Part shown: positions 27,644 to 37,392 of the stretch, piece after piece
How positions within the stretch are numbered: the stretch's first letter is position 1
How the letters are laid out: each line of letters starts with the position of its first letter
Source: an uncultured Pseudomonadota bacterium
Lineage (GTDB): Bacteria; Pseudomonadota; Gammaproteobacteria; Methylococcales; Methylomonadaceae
Length of the DNA stretch: 64,000 nucleotides
Direction of reading: 5' to 3'
Assembly (NCBI GenBank): GCA_903848935.1
Contig: CAINHO010000015.1
Location: forward strand, 4,426 to 68,425
The notes under the pieces: generated by a model
Told to the model about the DNA's origin: nothing
The model's input: the letters and a program-made list of their open reading frames with translations, nothing else
The model's database searches: none
Program-made: the position numbers and the translations under genes

Positions 27644-28183
27644 TTACACCTCGCTATCGGGTAAATGTTTGTAAAGAAAAATCATTTGAACGACGATGAA
27701 TACAGCCATCATCGCAGGCACTATAAACGTTTTGAATGTCACCCAATCGTTAGTATCGTAATTGAACATGACGTACACGTTTAAACAGCCCACGCCGATG
27801 AAAAAAGCTGCCCAACAGAGATTTAATGCTTTCCAAATTGTGGCAGGTAACGTGAGTTGACTCGACATCATGCGTTCGATAAACGGTTTTTTACCGATAA
27901 ATTGACTGCCTAAAAATGCGCCGCCGAATAGCCATTCGATAATCGACAATTTCCATTTGACGAATTGTTCATCGTGCAAAATCAATGTTAAGCCGCCCAT
28001 CACCACGACTAAAATTAGCGTAATCCATTGCATAGTTTCAACTTTTCGGTGTTTGTACCACGCAAAAGAAACTTGCAAAATCGTGGCGACAATAACGACC
28101 GCTGTAGCAACGTAAATATCGTAAAGTTTAAACGCGATAAAAAAAAGTAAGATGGGGAAAAATTCAATGAGTTGTTTAATCAT
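27644..28183 (-). CDS. yciB: inner-membrane septation protein YciB (IspZ)
   Basis: 179 aa. [29 protein letters not shown]... Five TM segments, classic YciB N-terminus. Confidence 0.88.
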   Translation of the reverse strand: MIKQLIEFFPILLFFIAFKLYDIYVATAVVIVATILQVSFAWYKHRKVETMQWITLILVVVMGGLTLILHDEQFVKWKLSIIEWLFGGAFLGSQFIGKKPFIERMMSSQLTLPATIWKALNLCWAAFFIGVGCLNVYVMFNYDTNDWVTFKTFIVPAMMAVFIVVQMIFLYKHLPDSEV

Positions 28184-28333
28184 GAAGTTGCGGTAAGTGA
28201 TGGAATGAAAACGTGAACGGTTAAGGCGAAATCCCTAACGTGGACGGTATTGTAAAATCTTTGCCGTGCAATGTATAGGCAGAATAATTCTGCTAAAATG
28301 CTGCGAAACACTCATTCACATAAATTGGAAAAC

Positions 28334-28633
28334 ATGACATCAACACAACAAACTGAATTAGAAGCCGCCGCTTTTCGTCACTTAGTTTCACATTTACAAA
28401 CCCACACTGAAGTTCAAAATATCGAGCTAATGGTACTCGCCGATTTTTGCCGAAATTGTTTGGCGAAATGGTACGCTTCAGCCGCGCAAGAACAGGGCGT
28501 GGAATTAGATTACGAACAAGCTCGCGAAGTTGTTTACGGTATGCCTTATGGTGAATGGAAAGAAAAATTTCAAACTGAAGCCACGCCTGAACAGCTCGCT
28601 GCTTACGCTGCCAAACAACAACGAGATTTATAA
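28334..28633 (+). CDS. DUF1244-family protein
   Basis: ELEAAAFRHLVSHLQTHTEVQNIELMVLADFCRNCLAKWY...VYGMPYGEWKEKFQ. ATG 28334 is preferred over the upstream in-frame ATG at 28271 (track start). Confidence 0.7.
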   Translation: MTSTQQTELEAAAFRHLVSHLQTHTEVQNIELMVLADFCRNCLAKWYASAAQEQGVELDYEQAREVVYGMPYGEWKEKFQTEATPEQLAAYAAKQQRDL

Positions 28634-28634
28634 T

Positions 28635-29363
28635 ATGAGTGCGAAATACGATGCGTTATTTTCGGGTGTGATTGGGCAAGATTACGATATGCTCAATTTG
28701 ATTTGTCCGTTGGCGACGAAAATGAGTCATTTGGTGGGCGAAACGTTAAAGGATTATACCGCCACGAAAACTGGAAAATTGAGTGTCGTTGAACTAGGTG
28801 GTGGTACGGGAATTACGACATTGGCGTTACTCAACGCCAGTGAAAATACGCACATTTTAAGCATCGACAACGAACCCGTGATGCAAAATCAAGCGAAAAA
28901 TAATCTCAATGCGTGGGTTGAATCGGGACAGCTCACATTTTCACAAAATGACGCACTAACCGCGTTGCAAAATCTGTCAGATGCCAGCGTTGACGTGATT
29001 GTTTCAGCGTATACATTGCATAATTTTTTGAATACTTATCGCGCTGATGTGGTTGGTGAAATTTTTCGTGTATTGAAATCGGGCGGACAATTTATCAACG
29101 GCGATCGTTATGCCTTGGACGATATTTCACAACACACACGCACGATTCAAGAAGAAGTGGCGGGGTATTTTCGAGTGTTAATTGCCGAACAGAAATTGGA
29201 TTTACTCGAACATTGGATTATTCATTTGTTTAATGATGAATCCGAAAATCATGTAATGCGTGAAATGGTCGCTTTGACACAATTGCATGACGTGGGTTTT
29301 GGTGAAATTCATTTAACACATCGTGTCGCGGCGAATGCCTTGGTAACGGCAGTTAAATCGTAA
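28635..29363 (+). CDS. class I SAM-dependent methyltransferase
   Basis: [12 protein letters not shown] (motif I) and [14 protein letters not shown] 28635 lies just after the DUF1244 stop; the track start 28530 overlaps that gene. Confidence 0.75.
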   Translation: MSAKYDALFSGVIGQDYDMLNLICPLATKMSHLVGETLKDYTATKTGKLSVVELGGGTGITTLALLNASENTHILSIDNEPVMQNQAKNNLNAWVESGQLTFSQNDALTALQNLSDASVDVIVSAYTLHNFLNTYRADVVGEIFRVLKSGGQFINGDRYALDDISQHTRTIQEEVAGYFRVLIAEQKLDLLEHWIIHLFNDESENHVMREMVALTQLHDVGFGEIHLTHRVAANALVTAVKS

Positions 29364-29854
29364 TGAAAATAGCTCAATTCACTCATTTCAACGCCGCTGG
29401 TGAGGCGCACATGGTTGATGTTGGCGATAAGGATTTTACGACGCGCATCGCGATTACCGAAGGTTTTATTTCGATGCAATCGGCGACATTAAACCTGATT
29501 TTGCAAAGCGGACACAAAAAAGGTGATGTGCTTGGTATTGCTCGAATTGCGGGGATTATGGCGAGTAAACGCACCGCTGATTTGATTCCATTATGTCATC
29601 CACTGCCATTAACTCACGTTGAAATTCTTTTCACATCGCAACCTGAAAATCAACGCATTCGTTGCCAAACCACCGCAAAAACACATGGGCAAACGGGTGT
29701 TGAAATGGAAGCCTTAACGGCGACGCAAATCGCGCTGTTGACGATTTACGATATGTGTAAAGCGGTCGATCGCGGTATGGAAATTAACGGCGTGCGACTA
29801 CTTGAAAAGTTGGGCGGAAAATCTGGACATTGGCGCGTGAACGACGCGATTTAA
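29363..29854 (+). CDS. moaC: cyclic pyranopterin monophosphate synthase MoaC
   Basis: 163 aa. [44 protein letters not shown]. Confidence 0.95.
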   Translation: MKIAQFTHFNAAGEAHMVDVGDKDFTTRIAITEGFISMQSATLNLILQSGHKKGDVLGIARIAGIMASKRTADLIPLCHPLPLTHVEILFTSQPENQRIRCQTTAKTHGQTGVEMEALTATQIALLTIYDMCKAVDRGMEINGVRLLEKLGGKSGHWRVNDAI

Positions 29855-29880
29855 CTCACTCAAAACCAAGAGAAATCAAC

Positions 29881-30924
29881 ATGGCAATGACGATTAACGA
29901 ATTAGCAACCGCTTGTGGTGCGACGTTAGAAGGTGGCAATCCTGAGCAAATGATTACCGCTGCAAGTGACATTACTGCCGCACAAATCGGACAAGTAACA
30001 CAATTAACACAAGCGCGTTATCGTCACCATTTACAGGCTTCTCAGGCTTCGGCGTGTTTTATTGCAAATAATTTCGAGGTGGAAAACGTTCCTGAATCCT
30101 TGGTTTTATTACGTTGTTTCGATCCAGAAATGGCGTTTGTAAAAGCGGTAACTTTGCTGCATCCAGATGTAAATTATCCTGCAATTATTTCGCCGCACGC
30201 GGTAATTTCTGAAAGCGCAATCGTTCATGAAAACTGTCACGTTGGCGCATTTGTGGTGTTGAATGATAATGTAGAAATCGGTGCGAATAGCGAAATTTTG
30301 GCAGGCGTTTATTTAGGAAAAAATGTCAAAATAGGCAAAAACTGCCGAATTTATCCGTATGCGGTGATTTATGATGGTTGTGAAATCGGTGATAACGTCA
30401 TTATTCATTCGGGTGCAATTATTGGTGCAGACGGTTTTGGCTATAAATTTCGCAACGGGCAACACGTTAAAGTGCCACAAATCGGTAATGTGGTGATTGG
30501 TGATAACGTTGAAATTGGCGCGAATACTTGTGTCGATCGTGGTGCGTTGGGCAGTACGGTGATTGGTGCGGGTAGTAAAATCGACAATTTAGTTCAGATT
30601 GGACATAACAATAAAATCGGTCAACACGTTATTGTGTGCGGACAAACAGGCATTTCGGGGTCGTGTACGATTGAAAATTATGCGATTTTAGCAGGTAGTG
30701 CAGGCATTGCGGATCATGTCAAAATTGGACAAGGTGCGGTTGTGATGGCGCGGGCGGGAGTGGCAAATGATGTTGCACCAAAGACGCAAGTTTTTGGTAG
30801 TCCGGCGAAAGAAAAACGGGTGGCATATCGTGAGCAAGTGGCAATCAGTCAACTGCCCGAATTATTGAAAACGATTAAACAATTGGAAGCGCGGTTAGCA
30901 CAATTAGAAAATCTTAAAGGCTAA
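29881..30924 (+). CDS. lpxD: UDP-3-O-acylglucosamine N-acyltransferase LpxD
   Basis: Left-handed beta-helix hexapeptide repeats, [35 protein letters not shown] 29881 is preferred over the track's 29830. Confidence 0.85.
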   Translation: MAMTINELATACGATLEGGNPEQMITAASDITAAQIGQVTQLTQARYRHHLQASQASACFIANNFEVENVPESLVLLRCFDPEMAFVKAVTLLHPDVNYPAIISPHAVISESAIVHENCHVGAFVVLNDNVEIGANSEILAGVYLGKNVKIGKNCRIYPYAVIYDGCEIGDNVIIHSGAIIGADGFGYKFRNGQHVKVPQIGNVVIGDNVEIGANTCVDRGALGSTVIGAGSKIDNLVQIGHNNKIGQHVIVCGQTGISGSCTIENYAILAGSAGIADHVKIGQGAVVMARAGVANDVAPKTQVFGSPAKEKRVAYREQVAISQLPELLKTIKQLEARLAQLENLKG

Positions 30925-30931
30925 AAACAAC

Positions 30932-30968
30932 TTAGCCCGACTTTTGAGTTCATCAAAAGTCGGGCTAA
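30932..30968. terminator. 16-bp perfect hairpin between lpxD and the convergent small ORF
   Basis: TTAGCCCGACTTTTGA-GTTCA-TCAAAAGTCGGGCTAA. A T-run follows only on the minus-strand reading (AAGTTGTTTTT). Confidence 0.65.
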
Positions 30969-31012
30969 ATCTCAACGGAACGCTCTTTGGTTACAAAGAA
31001 AAATTTAGAAAA

Positions 31013-31201
31013 TTAGTTAGTTCTGTTGTTTGAGTGTTTGTTTTCGATTTTTTGGAAAACTTCTGCTTGGCTTTGCGCTACTGCACCACTTTGCAGATGT
31101 TTAGTTTCATCAGCTTTCAACATCAAAACTAAAACAATAGTTGCAGCAATCAAACCACCGATGTAGAACCAAAAATAATCTTTTTCTTGTGTATCAGACA
31201 T
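31013..31201 (-). CDS. small single-pass membrane protein (hypothetical)
   Basis: 62 aa. One TM (FWFYIGGLIAATIVLVLML). GAGGA sits 8 nt upstream of the ATG, and the hairpin at 30932 lies downstream. Confidence 0.45.
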   Translation of the reverse strand: MSDTQEKDYFWFYIGGLIAATIVLVLMLKADETKHLQSGAVAQSQAEVFQKIENKHSNNRTN

Positions 31202-31418
31202 TGTTAAATCCTCGTAGTTATTATAATAATTTTGTCTCTTTCTTCGAAGAGGTCATCCTAAAATGACGGCATATTTTTATCATGAATTTAGGTGTCGTGT
31301 CAAAACCATAAATTTAAAATTGCATTTTAAAACGATTAAATTTCGTCAAATGCCTTTATGAATTCTGCATGAATTCACTTAACATACCGCTTAACTCTAC
31401 TTTCAAATTAGACACTTT

Positions 31419-31991
31419 ATGCCAAAAATTATTCTCGCTTCCGCTTCTCCCCGCCGTCAAGAACTGCTGAATCAAATCAACGTGCGGCATTTGGTGCAAA
31501 TCGTTGATATAGACGAAACGCCATTATTTAACGAATCACCCACCGATTATGTACAACGTTTAGCCGCTGAAAAAGCTGCTGCATGTGTTCAACAATTTAA
31601 TTCACAATTGCCTATTCTTGCCGCCGACACCACCGTCGTTTTGGGCGACCATATTATGGGAAAACCTCAAAATCAAAACGAGGCATTGGCCATGTTGCGC
31701 CAACTGTCTGGTAACACGCATCAAGTATTTACCGCCATCGCTCTATTCGGACGCATCCACCATCACGCCCTAAGCGTCACCGAGGTGACATTTAAACCCC
31801 TTTCTGAGGCTGAAATCCTCGCTTATTGGCACAGCGGCGAACCGCTCGACAAAGCAGGCAGTTACGCCATTCAAGGCGTGGGCAGTCTGTTTATCGAACG
31901 TATTAACGGCAGTTTTTCTGGTGTGATGGGGTTGCCACTTTTTGAAACTGCACAATTACTCGCCCGCGAAGGCATCGAGTTACTCGCATGA
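31419..31991 (+). CDS. maf: Maf-family nucleoside triphosphate pyrophosphatase
   Basis: 190 aa. ILASASPRRQELL, AADTTV, KAGSYAIQG. Followed by rng, as in the mre-maf-rng clusters. Confidence 0.92.
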   Translation: MPKIILASASPRRQELLNQINVRHLVQIVDIDETPLFNESPTDYVQRLAAEKAAACVQQFNSQLPILAADTTVVLGDHIMGKPQNQNEALAMLRQLSGNTHQVFTAIALFGRIHHHALSVTEVTFKPLSEAEILAYWHSGEPLDKAGSYAIQGVGSLFIERINGSFSGVMGLPLFETAQLLAREGIELLA

Positions 31992-33442
31992 GTGAAGAAA
32001 TTTTAATTAACGTTACACCGCCTGAAACTCGTGTTGCCGTGATTGAAAATGGCGTGTTGCAAGAACTGATTATTGAACGTAGTTGCAAAATCGGTCTTGT
32101 TGGCAACATTTACAAAGGCGAAGTTTGTCGTGTATTACCAGGAATGCAGGCAGCTTTTGTCGATATTGGTTTGTCACGTTCCGCATTTTTGCATTTATCC
32201 GATTTATGCCCGCGTGAATTGGAAAAGAAAGATTCCGCTAACATTGAACATTATTTACGCGAAGGGCAGCACATTGTGGTTCAAGTATTTAAAGATCCGC
32301 TAGGCAGTAAAGGCGCACGCTTAACGATGGATATTTCAATTCCATCGCGCTACCAAGTTTATATGCCTTACTCGACAAATATCGGCATTTCACAGCGCAT
32401 TGAATGTACCGAAGAACGCACTCGTTTAAAAACGTGTTTAGAACAATTTAAGCAAACAAATAATTGCGGCGGATTTATTGCCCGAACGGCGGCTGAATCG
32501 GTTGAAGACACGGTGTTGCTGGCAGATATGGAATTTTTACTAAAATTATGGGAATCCATTAGCGCGAAAATCGCCACTGCCACACCTAAACAATTTATTC
32601 ATAAAGATTTGCCGTTGAGTATTCGTACATTGCGCGACTTGTATCGCGAAGGCATTGAACGGATTCGTATTGATTCTAAAGAAACGTATTTGAAACTGAT
32701 TGAATTCGCCGAAATTTTTACGCCTGAAATCATTCCCGTAATTGAACATTACGCGGGTGATTGTCCAGTTTTCGATATTTACAGCGTTGAAGATGAAATT
32801 GAAAAAGCCTTGGCGCGAAGAGTAAAACTCAAATCGGGCGGACATTTAGTGTTTGACCAAACGGAATCGATGACCACGGTTGATGTAAATACGGGCGGTT
32901 ATGTGAGCGGTCGGAATTTAGAAGAAACAATTTTTAAAACTAATTTAGAAGCCGCGCAAGCGATTGCGCGACAACTGCGGCTGCGTAATTTGGGCGGCAT
33001 CATCATCATTGATTTTATCGATATGAAAGGCGAAGAACATAAACAGCAAGTGTTGCAGGCGTTGAATCGACATTTAGAAAAAGATCACGCGAAAACGAAA
33101 ATTACCGAAGTGTCGATTTTAGGTTTGGTTGAAATGACGCGAAAACGCACCAGAGAAAGTTTAGAGCATATTTTGTGTGAACCGTGTTGTGCGTGTGGTG
33201 GTCGCGGCGTTTTGAAAACCGCCGAATCGGTTTGTTTAGAGATTTTTCGAGAAATTATTCGAGAAGTTCGACAATACAAAGTGCAGCAAATTTTGGTGCT
33301 GGCATCGAACGAAGTCGTTGAATTGTTGCTAGATGAAAAAGCCGATATGCTTTCTGATTTGGAAACATTTCTAAATGTGCAAATTAAATTCCGTTCTGAA
33401 TCGGGCTACAATCAAGAACAGTACGACGTGGTTTTATTGTAA
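31988..33442 (+). CDS. rng: ribonuclease G
   Basis: 484 aa. S1 domain (GNIYKGEVCRVLPGMQAAFVDIG), RNase E/G catalytic core (TTVDVNTG..., GGIIIIDFIDM). Confidence 0.95.
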   Translation: MSEEILINVTPPETRVAVIENGVLQELIIERSCKIGLVGNIYKGEVCRVLPGMQAAFVDIGLSRSAFLHLSDLCPRELEKKDSANIEHYLREGQHIVVQVFKDPLGSKGARLTMDISIPSRYQVYMPYSTNIGISQRIECTEERTRLKTCLEQFKQTNNCGGFIARTAAESVEDTVLLADMEFLLKLWESISAKIATATPKQFIHKDLPLSIRTLRDLYREGIERIRIDSKETYLKLIEFAEIFTPEIIPVIEHYAGDCPVFDIYSVEDEIEKALARRVKLKSGGHLVFDQTESMTTVDVNTGGYVSGRNLEETIFKTNLEAAQAIARQLRLRNLGGIIIIDFIDMKGEEHKQQVLQALNRHLEKDHAKTKITEVSILGLVEMTRKRTRESLEHILCEPCCACGGRGVLKTAESVCLEIFREIIREVRQYKVQQILVLASNEVVELLLDEKADMLSDLETFLNVQIKFRSESGYNQEQYDVVLL

Positions 33443-34183
33443 ATGACGCAATAAAAAATCCCGTGTTCGTTTTGCGGTTCGTAAAACAGGTGCAGAACCG
33501 CCCATTGCTACGGCATCAACCAAACAATACCACGCCGCCACACCGCTCGGTGGATTTCCTTGTGGCAAACCTAAAACGGGATCGATTGCCGCCCATTGCC
33601 ACGTTCCGACTGCTGTGCCAATGATTTCTAGCCACGTTGTAATAAAAAATGCTGCCAAATAAACCAGCGGTGAACGTCCTTTGAACAAATAAAGTAAAAA
33701 AATTACAAACAGTAATGCGCCGACAAAATCGCCTTGCGCCGCAAACGTAATTCCCCACAACGACCACGCGCCACAAACTGTGACCACAAAATAAGCAATT
33801 TGCCGCGCATATCGTACAAACAAACCTGAACGTCCCAGTGCAACTGCTGTTAAATAAACCATGCCGTGACCAGCGGGAACATAAGCAGGAACATTGTGAA
33901 AACGGTAGGTGTAACCGCCCATAAACGGTGACGCGAAATGTTCCCCAACCGTTGCAAATAACACGGCGATTAAGACTTGGACACGGATTTCTTTGTTTTC
34001 ACCGAGCAACCAACCGATTAAAAATACCCAACCGCTTACACCTAAAGCGTTTTGTTTTTCTAAACTGGCATCGGCATCGGTAATTAAACACACCGCCACA
34101 CAAAAAAAAGTAAAAGCGGCAATGTAATAATCACGGTAATTGTGGGGGTGGAGATTTTGTTGCGGGGGAAAATAACGGAACAT
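33434..34183 (-). CDS. polytopic membrane protein (hypothetical)
   Basis: 249 aa with about 7 hydrophobic segments. No family recognised. 3' end overlaps the rng 3' end by 9 nt (convergent). Confidence 0.5.
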   Translation of the reverse strand: MFRYFPPQQNLHPHNYRDYYIAAFTFFCVAVCLITDADASLEKQNALGVSGWVFLIGWLLGENKEIRVQVLIAVLFATVGEHFASPFMGGYTYRFHNVPAYVPAGHGMVYLTAVALGRSGLFVRYARQIAYFVVTVCGAWSLWGITFAAQGDFVGALLFVIFLLYLFKGRSPLVYLAAFFITTWLEIIGTAVGTWQWAAIDPVLGLPQGNPPSGVAAWYCLVDAVAMGGSAPVLRTAKRTRDFLLRHLQ

Positions 34184-34330
34184 TTAAAGGCTCTGAAAAT
34201 AGAAAGGATAATGACAGCTTTGAAGTCTAGCATTGCGACACGGCTTTTCATAGCGCGTTTATAGCCTGCAAAAGGCGAAACCGTTATGATATGCGCTACT
34301 TTCACTTTGAACCTTTTGCCACAATTCACT

Positions 34331-34645
34331 ATGAACACACTAAAGTTTCTCAATCGTCTTTTGCTAAGTTTATGCTTACTGAGTGCAATCGTCGGTTGCA
34401 CGGATAATACCAAACACGAAAGCACGGGTGAGTATTTCGACGACACCGTTTTGACCACCAAAATTAAATCCACTTTTTTGGGTGATTCGCGTTTAAAAAT
34501 GCTCGATATTAACGTCAAAAGTTATAAAGGTCAGGTGCAATTGAGTGGCTTTATTGACACCCAAAAAGAAGCCGATCGCGCCGTCCAATTAGCTCGCACC
34601 GTCAAAGGTGTCAAAGCCGTCAATAACAGCCTCATCATCAAATAA
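34331..34645 (+). CDS. BON-domain lipoprotein (OsmY-like)
   Basis: MNTLKFLNRLLLSLCLLSAIVGC is a lipobox. YKGQVQLSGFIDTQKEADRAVQLARTVKGVKAVNNSL is a BON domain. Confidence 0.8.
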   Translation: MNTLKFLNRLLLSLCLLSAIVGCTDNTKHESTGEYFDDTVLTTKIKSTFLGDSRLKMLDINVKSYKGQVQLSGFIDTQKEADRAVQLARTVKGVKAVNNSLIIK

Positions 34646-34648
34646 TTC

Positions 34649-37042
34649 ATGACAGATTCTCTAAAACTCCCCCTTGAAACCTTAAAAGCCACCATCGATT
34701 TAAGTGCTATCGATTTCACCCCTCCCCTAAATTCAGAAATTGGAATTTTGGGGCAAGAACGCGCTCAAGCTGCACTCGAGTTCGGTATTGCCATGCCAAA
34801 TTCTGGCTATAACATTTTTGTGATGGGCGAGACTGGCTCAGGACGCTTGTCGATGATTATGCAGTATTTAAATGCCCTCGCACCTAATCACCCTGCACCA
34901 TCAGCGTATGCGTATGTTGATAATTTCGACAATGCTCGTGAACCAATTGCAGTTCAATTACCAGCGGAACACGGACAAGAGTTTTGTAAAGCGATTGAAA
35001 ATTTAATCACCAACGTGCTTGCGACCTTTCCAGCGGCATTTGAAAATCCCAGTTATCAACAGAAAAAAACCGTGGTGGAACGCCAATTTGTTCACACTTA
35101 TCGCGATGCGACCGAGCGCGTCGATGAGCAAGCGCGAGAATTGGGAATTGGTTTATTTTCAGAAAACGACACGTTTAATTTTTTACCACTTATTGAAAGT
35201 CGTCCGATGCGCGAGGAAGAATTGTCCGCGTTATCCACGGAAGATCGCGACACATTTAAACAGTGTGTTGAAGAATTGGAAGATTGTTTAAGCGGCGCAT
35301 TATTGGAATTACCGCAATGGCGCAGAGAACTGGCTGCTTCGATGACGCAGCTCAATAACGATACGATTGACGCGGCGATTGAACCGTTATTTGAGGAATT
35401 AAATGCGCGTTATGAAGGCATTGAAGACGTGGTAACGTATTTATCGGAAGTGAAAAAAAATCTGCGCCTCACGATTAACGATTTTTTAATGCCGGTTTCG
35501 ACCAGCGAACCGATTGAACGTGATTACACGCTTAAGCGGCTAATTATGGAACAATACGCGCCGAACATTTTGATCGATTACAAGCAAGATAACGGTGCGC
35601 CAGTCATTTATGAAACGCATCCGACATATCAAAATTTGTTTGGGCGTGTCGAATATGCGAATGATCAAGGTACGCTCGTGCCGCATTATCGCCGCATTTG
35701 TGCCGGTGCTTTGCATAAAGCAAATGGTGGTTATTTGATTTTAGATGCCGAAAAAGTGCTGCATTATCCGTTTGTGTGGGAAGGATTGAAACGGGCATTG
35801 AAATCGGGGTGTATTGAAATTGAATCGCCATATACCGAACAAAGTGCCAACACGATCACGCTCAAACCCGAAGTAATTCCGTTGAACGTGAAAATTATTT
35901 TGGTAGGTAATTGCGATATTTATTATTTGCTGGAATCAATGGACGACGAGTTTAACGAATCGTTCCGCGTATTAGCGGATTTTAATTATCGGATTCTCCG
36001 CACGCCCGACACGATGCGCCATTTCGCGCAACTGATGCAAAAACAAGCCACTGATGCGAAAACTTGTCCGCTCACGCAAGCGGCGATTGAAAGTTTAATC
36101 GAACACAGTTGTCGCTTGGCGGAAAGTCAGCAGTATTTTTCAGCGTGCATTAACGACGCGCTCGAAATCATTGGTGAAGCACAATTATTTGCGACCAAAA
36201 CGAAAAGCGAACACATTGATCGGCTTCAAATTGAACAGGCATTAACGGCACGGGAATATCGCAACGGGCGTGTGTCGCAAACGATTTTAGAAGAAATGCT
36301 CGATGGCACGATTTTGATTGATACCGATGGTGCGGCAGTGGGCAAAATCAATGGCTTGACGGTATTAGATATGGGAGGAAGTAGTTTTGGCACGCCAGCT
36401 CGAATTAGCACCACGGTTTATCCAGGTTCACGCGGCATTATCGACATTGAACGCGAAGCCGAATTGGGTCAATCGTTGCACACCAAAGGCGTGATGATTT
36501 TGACAGGTTATTTGGGGCATCGTTACGCACAACAATTTCCCTTGGCGATTTCTGCCAGCATTGCGATTGAACAATCTTACGGGCATATCGACGGCGATAG
36601 TGCAGCGTTAGCGGAATTGTGTAGTTTGATTTCGGCGTTGACGCGCGTGCCGATTAAACAAAATTTTGCAGTCACGGGATCGATTAACCAATACGGCGAA
36701 GTGCAAGCCATCGGTGGCGCGAATGAAAAAATTGAAGGCTTTTTTAGACTTTGCCAAGCGCGTGGTTTAAATGGTTCGCACGCGGTCATTATTCCAGCGG
36801 CAAATAAACGTAATTTGATGTTAAAACAAAACGTTTTAGACGCGGTTGAAGCAGGATTGTTCTCGATTTACGCGGTAAGTACGGTGGATGAAGCGTTGGA
36901 ATTATTGACGGGTGAAATTGTGGGGATGTTGGATGCTGATGGCAATATACTTGAAAATAGTTTGAACTTTAGAGCGATTGCACGTTTGAAAGAAATTTCT
37001 GAATTGAGTGACGACGATGACGACAAAGAAAATGAACACTAA
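34649..37042 (+). CDS. Lon-like protease (AAA-like domain + C-terminal Lon Ser-Lys protease domain)
   Basis: 797 aa. The P-loop-like GETGSGRLS has Arg where Walker A Lys is expected. The Lon_C region has IDGDSAALAELCSLISAL (catalytic Ser context) and GGANEKIEGFF (Lys). Acidic C-terminus. Confidence 0.8.
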   Translation: MTDSLKLPLETLKATIDLSAIDFTPPLNSEIGILGQERAQAALEFGIAMPNSGYNIFVMGETGSGRLSMIMQYLNALAPNHPAPSAYAYVDNFDNAREPIAVQLPAEHGQEFCKAIENLITNVLATFPAAFENPSYQQKKTVVERQFVHTYRDATERVDEQARELGIGLFSENDTFNFLPLIESRPMREEELSALSTEDRDTFKQCVEELEDCLSGALLELPQWRRELAASMTQLNNDTIDAAIEPLFEELNARYEGIEDVVTYLSEVKKNLRLTINDFLMPVSTSEPIERDYTLKRLIMEQYAPNILIDYKQDNGAPVIYETHPTYQNLFGRVEYANDQGTLVPHYRRICAGALHKANGGYLILDAEKVLHYPFVWEGLKRALKSGCIEIESPYTEQSANTITLKPEVIPLNVKIILVGNCDIYYLLESMDDEFNESFRVLADFNYRILRTPDTMRHFAQLMQKQATDAKTCPLTQAAIESLIEHSCRLAESQQYFSACINDALEIIGEAQLFATKTKSEHIDRLQIEQALTAREYRNGRVSQTILEEMLDGTILIDTDGAAVGKINGLTVLDMGGSSFGTPARISTTVYPGSRGIIDIEREAELGQSLHTKGVMILTGYLGHRYAQQFPLAISASIAIEQSYGHIDGDSAALAELCSLISALTRVPIKQNFAVTGSINQYGEVQAIGGANEKIEGFFRLCQARGLNGSHAVIIPAANKRNLMLKQNVLDAVEAGLFSIYAVSTVDEALELLTGEIVGMLDADGNILENSLNFRAIARLKEISELSDDDDDKENEH

Positions 37043-37392
37043 AGCTGCACGTCAAACCATTCCAAACATTTGACCATGCCAAAATAAGCGAGGGCGGTGA
37101 CAATACAAGCCGCCGTCAAACTTAACCAAAAGTTCACGCCGACGCGAAGTAAAAGTGGCAGCACAATAAACAACGCGAGCGATGGTAAAACTAACCAGAA
37201 AATTCCTTGCGAAAGGGCGGCAACTTTTTCAACGTCGCCCGAATCCAGATAAAGCCAAACGAAAGCCAGTAAAGACGTAAGCGGGATGGATGCTAATGCC
37301 GCGCCTAAAAACGAACTGCGTTTCGCCAATTCGGAAATAGCGACTAAAAGCGTTGCTGAAAGGATGATTTTTAAAGCGTATTGCCACATCAA
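37039..37392 (-). CDS. small 4-TM membrane protein (DUF3147-like)
   Basis: 117 aa. KIILSATLLVAISELAKRSSFLGAALASIPLTSLLAFVWLY. Overlaps the upstream GGDEF gene by 4 nt. Confidence 0.55.
   Translation of the reverse strand: MMWQYALKIILSATLLVAISELAKRSSFLGAALASIPLTSLLAFVWLYLDSGDVEKVAALSQGIFWLVLPSLALFIVLPLLLRVGVNFWLSLTAACIVTALAYFGMVKCLEWFDVQL

Noticed and set aside
34084-34518. A 144-aa minus-strand ORF spans the membrane-protein / BON-gene intergenic region.
   Set aside because: It overlaps the starts of both better-supported genes, has no SD and has a low-complexity translation. It is treated as spurious.
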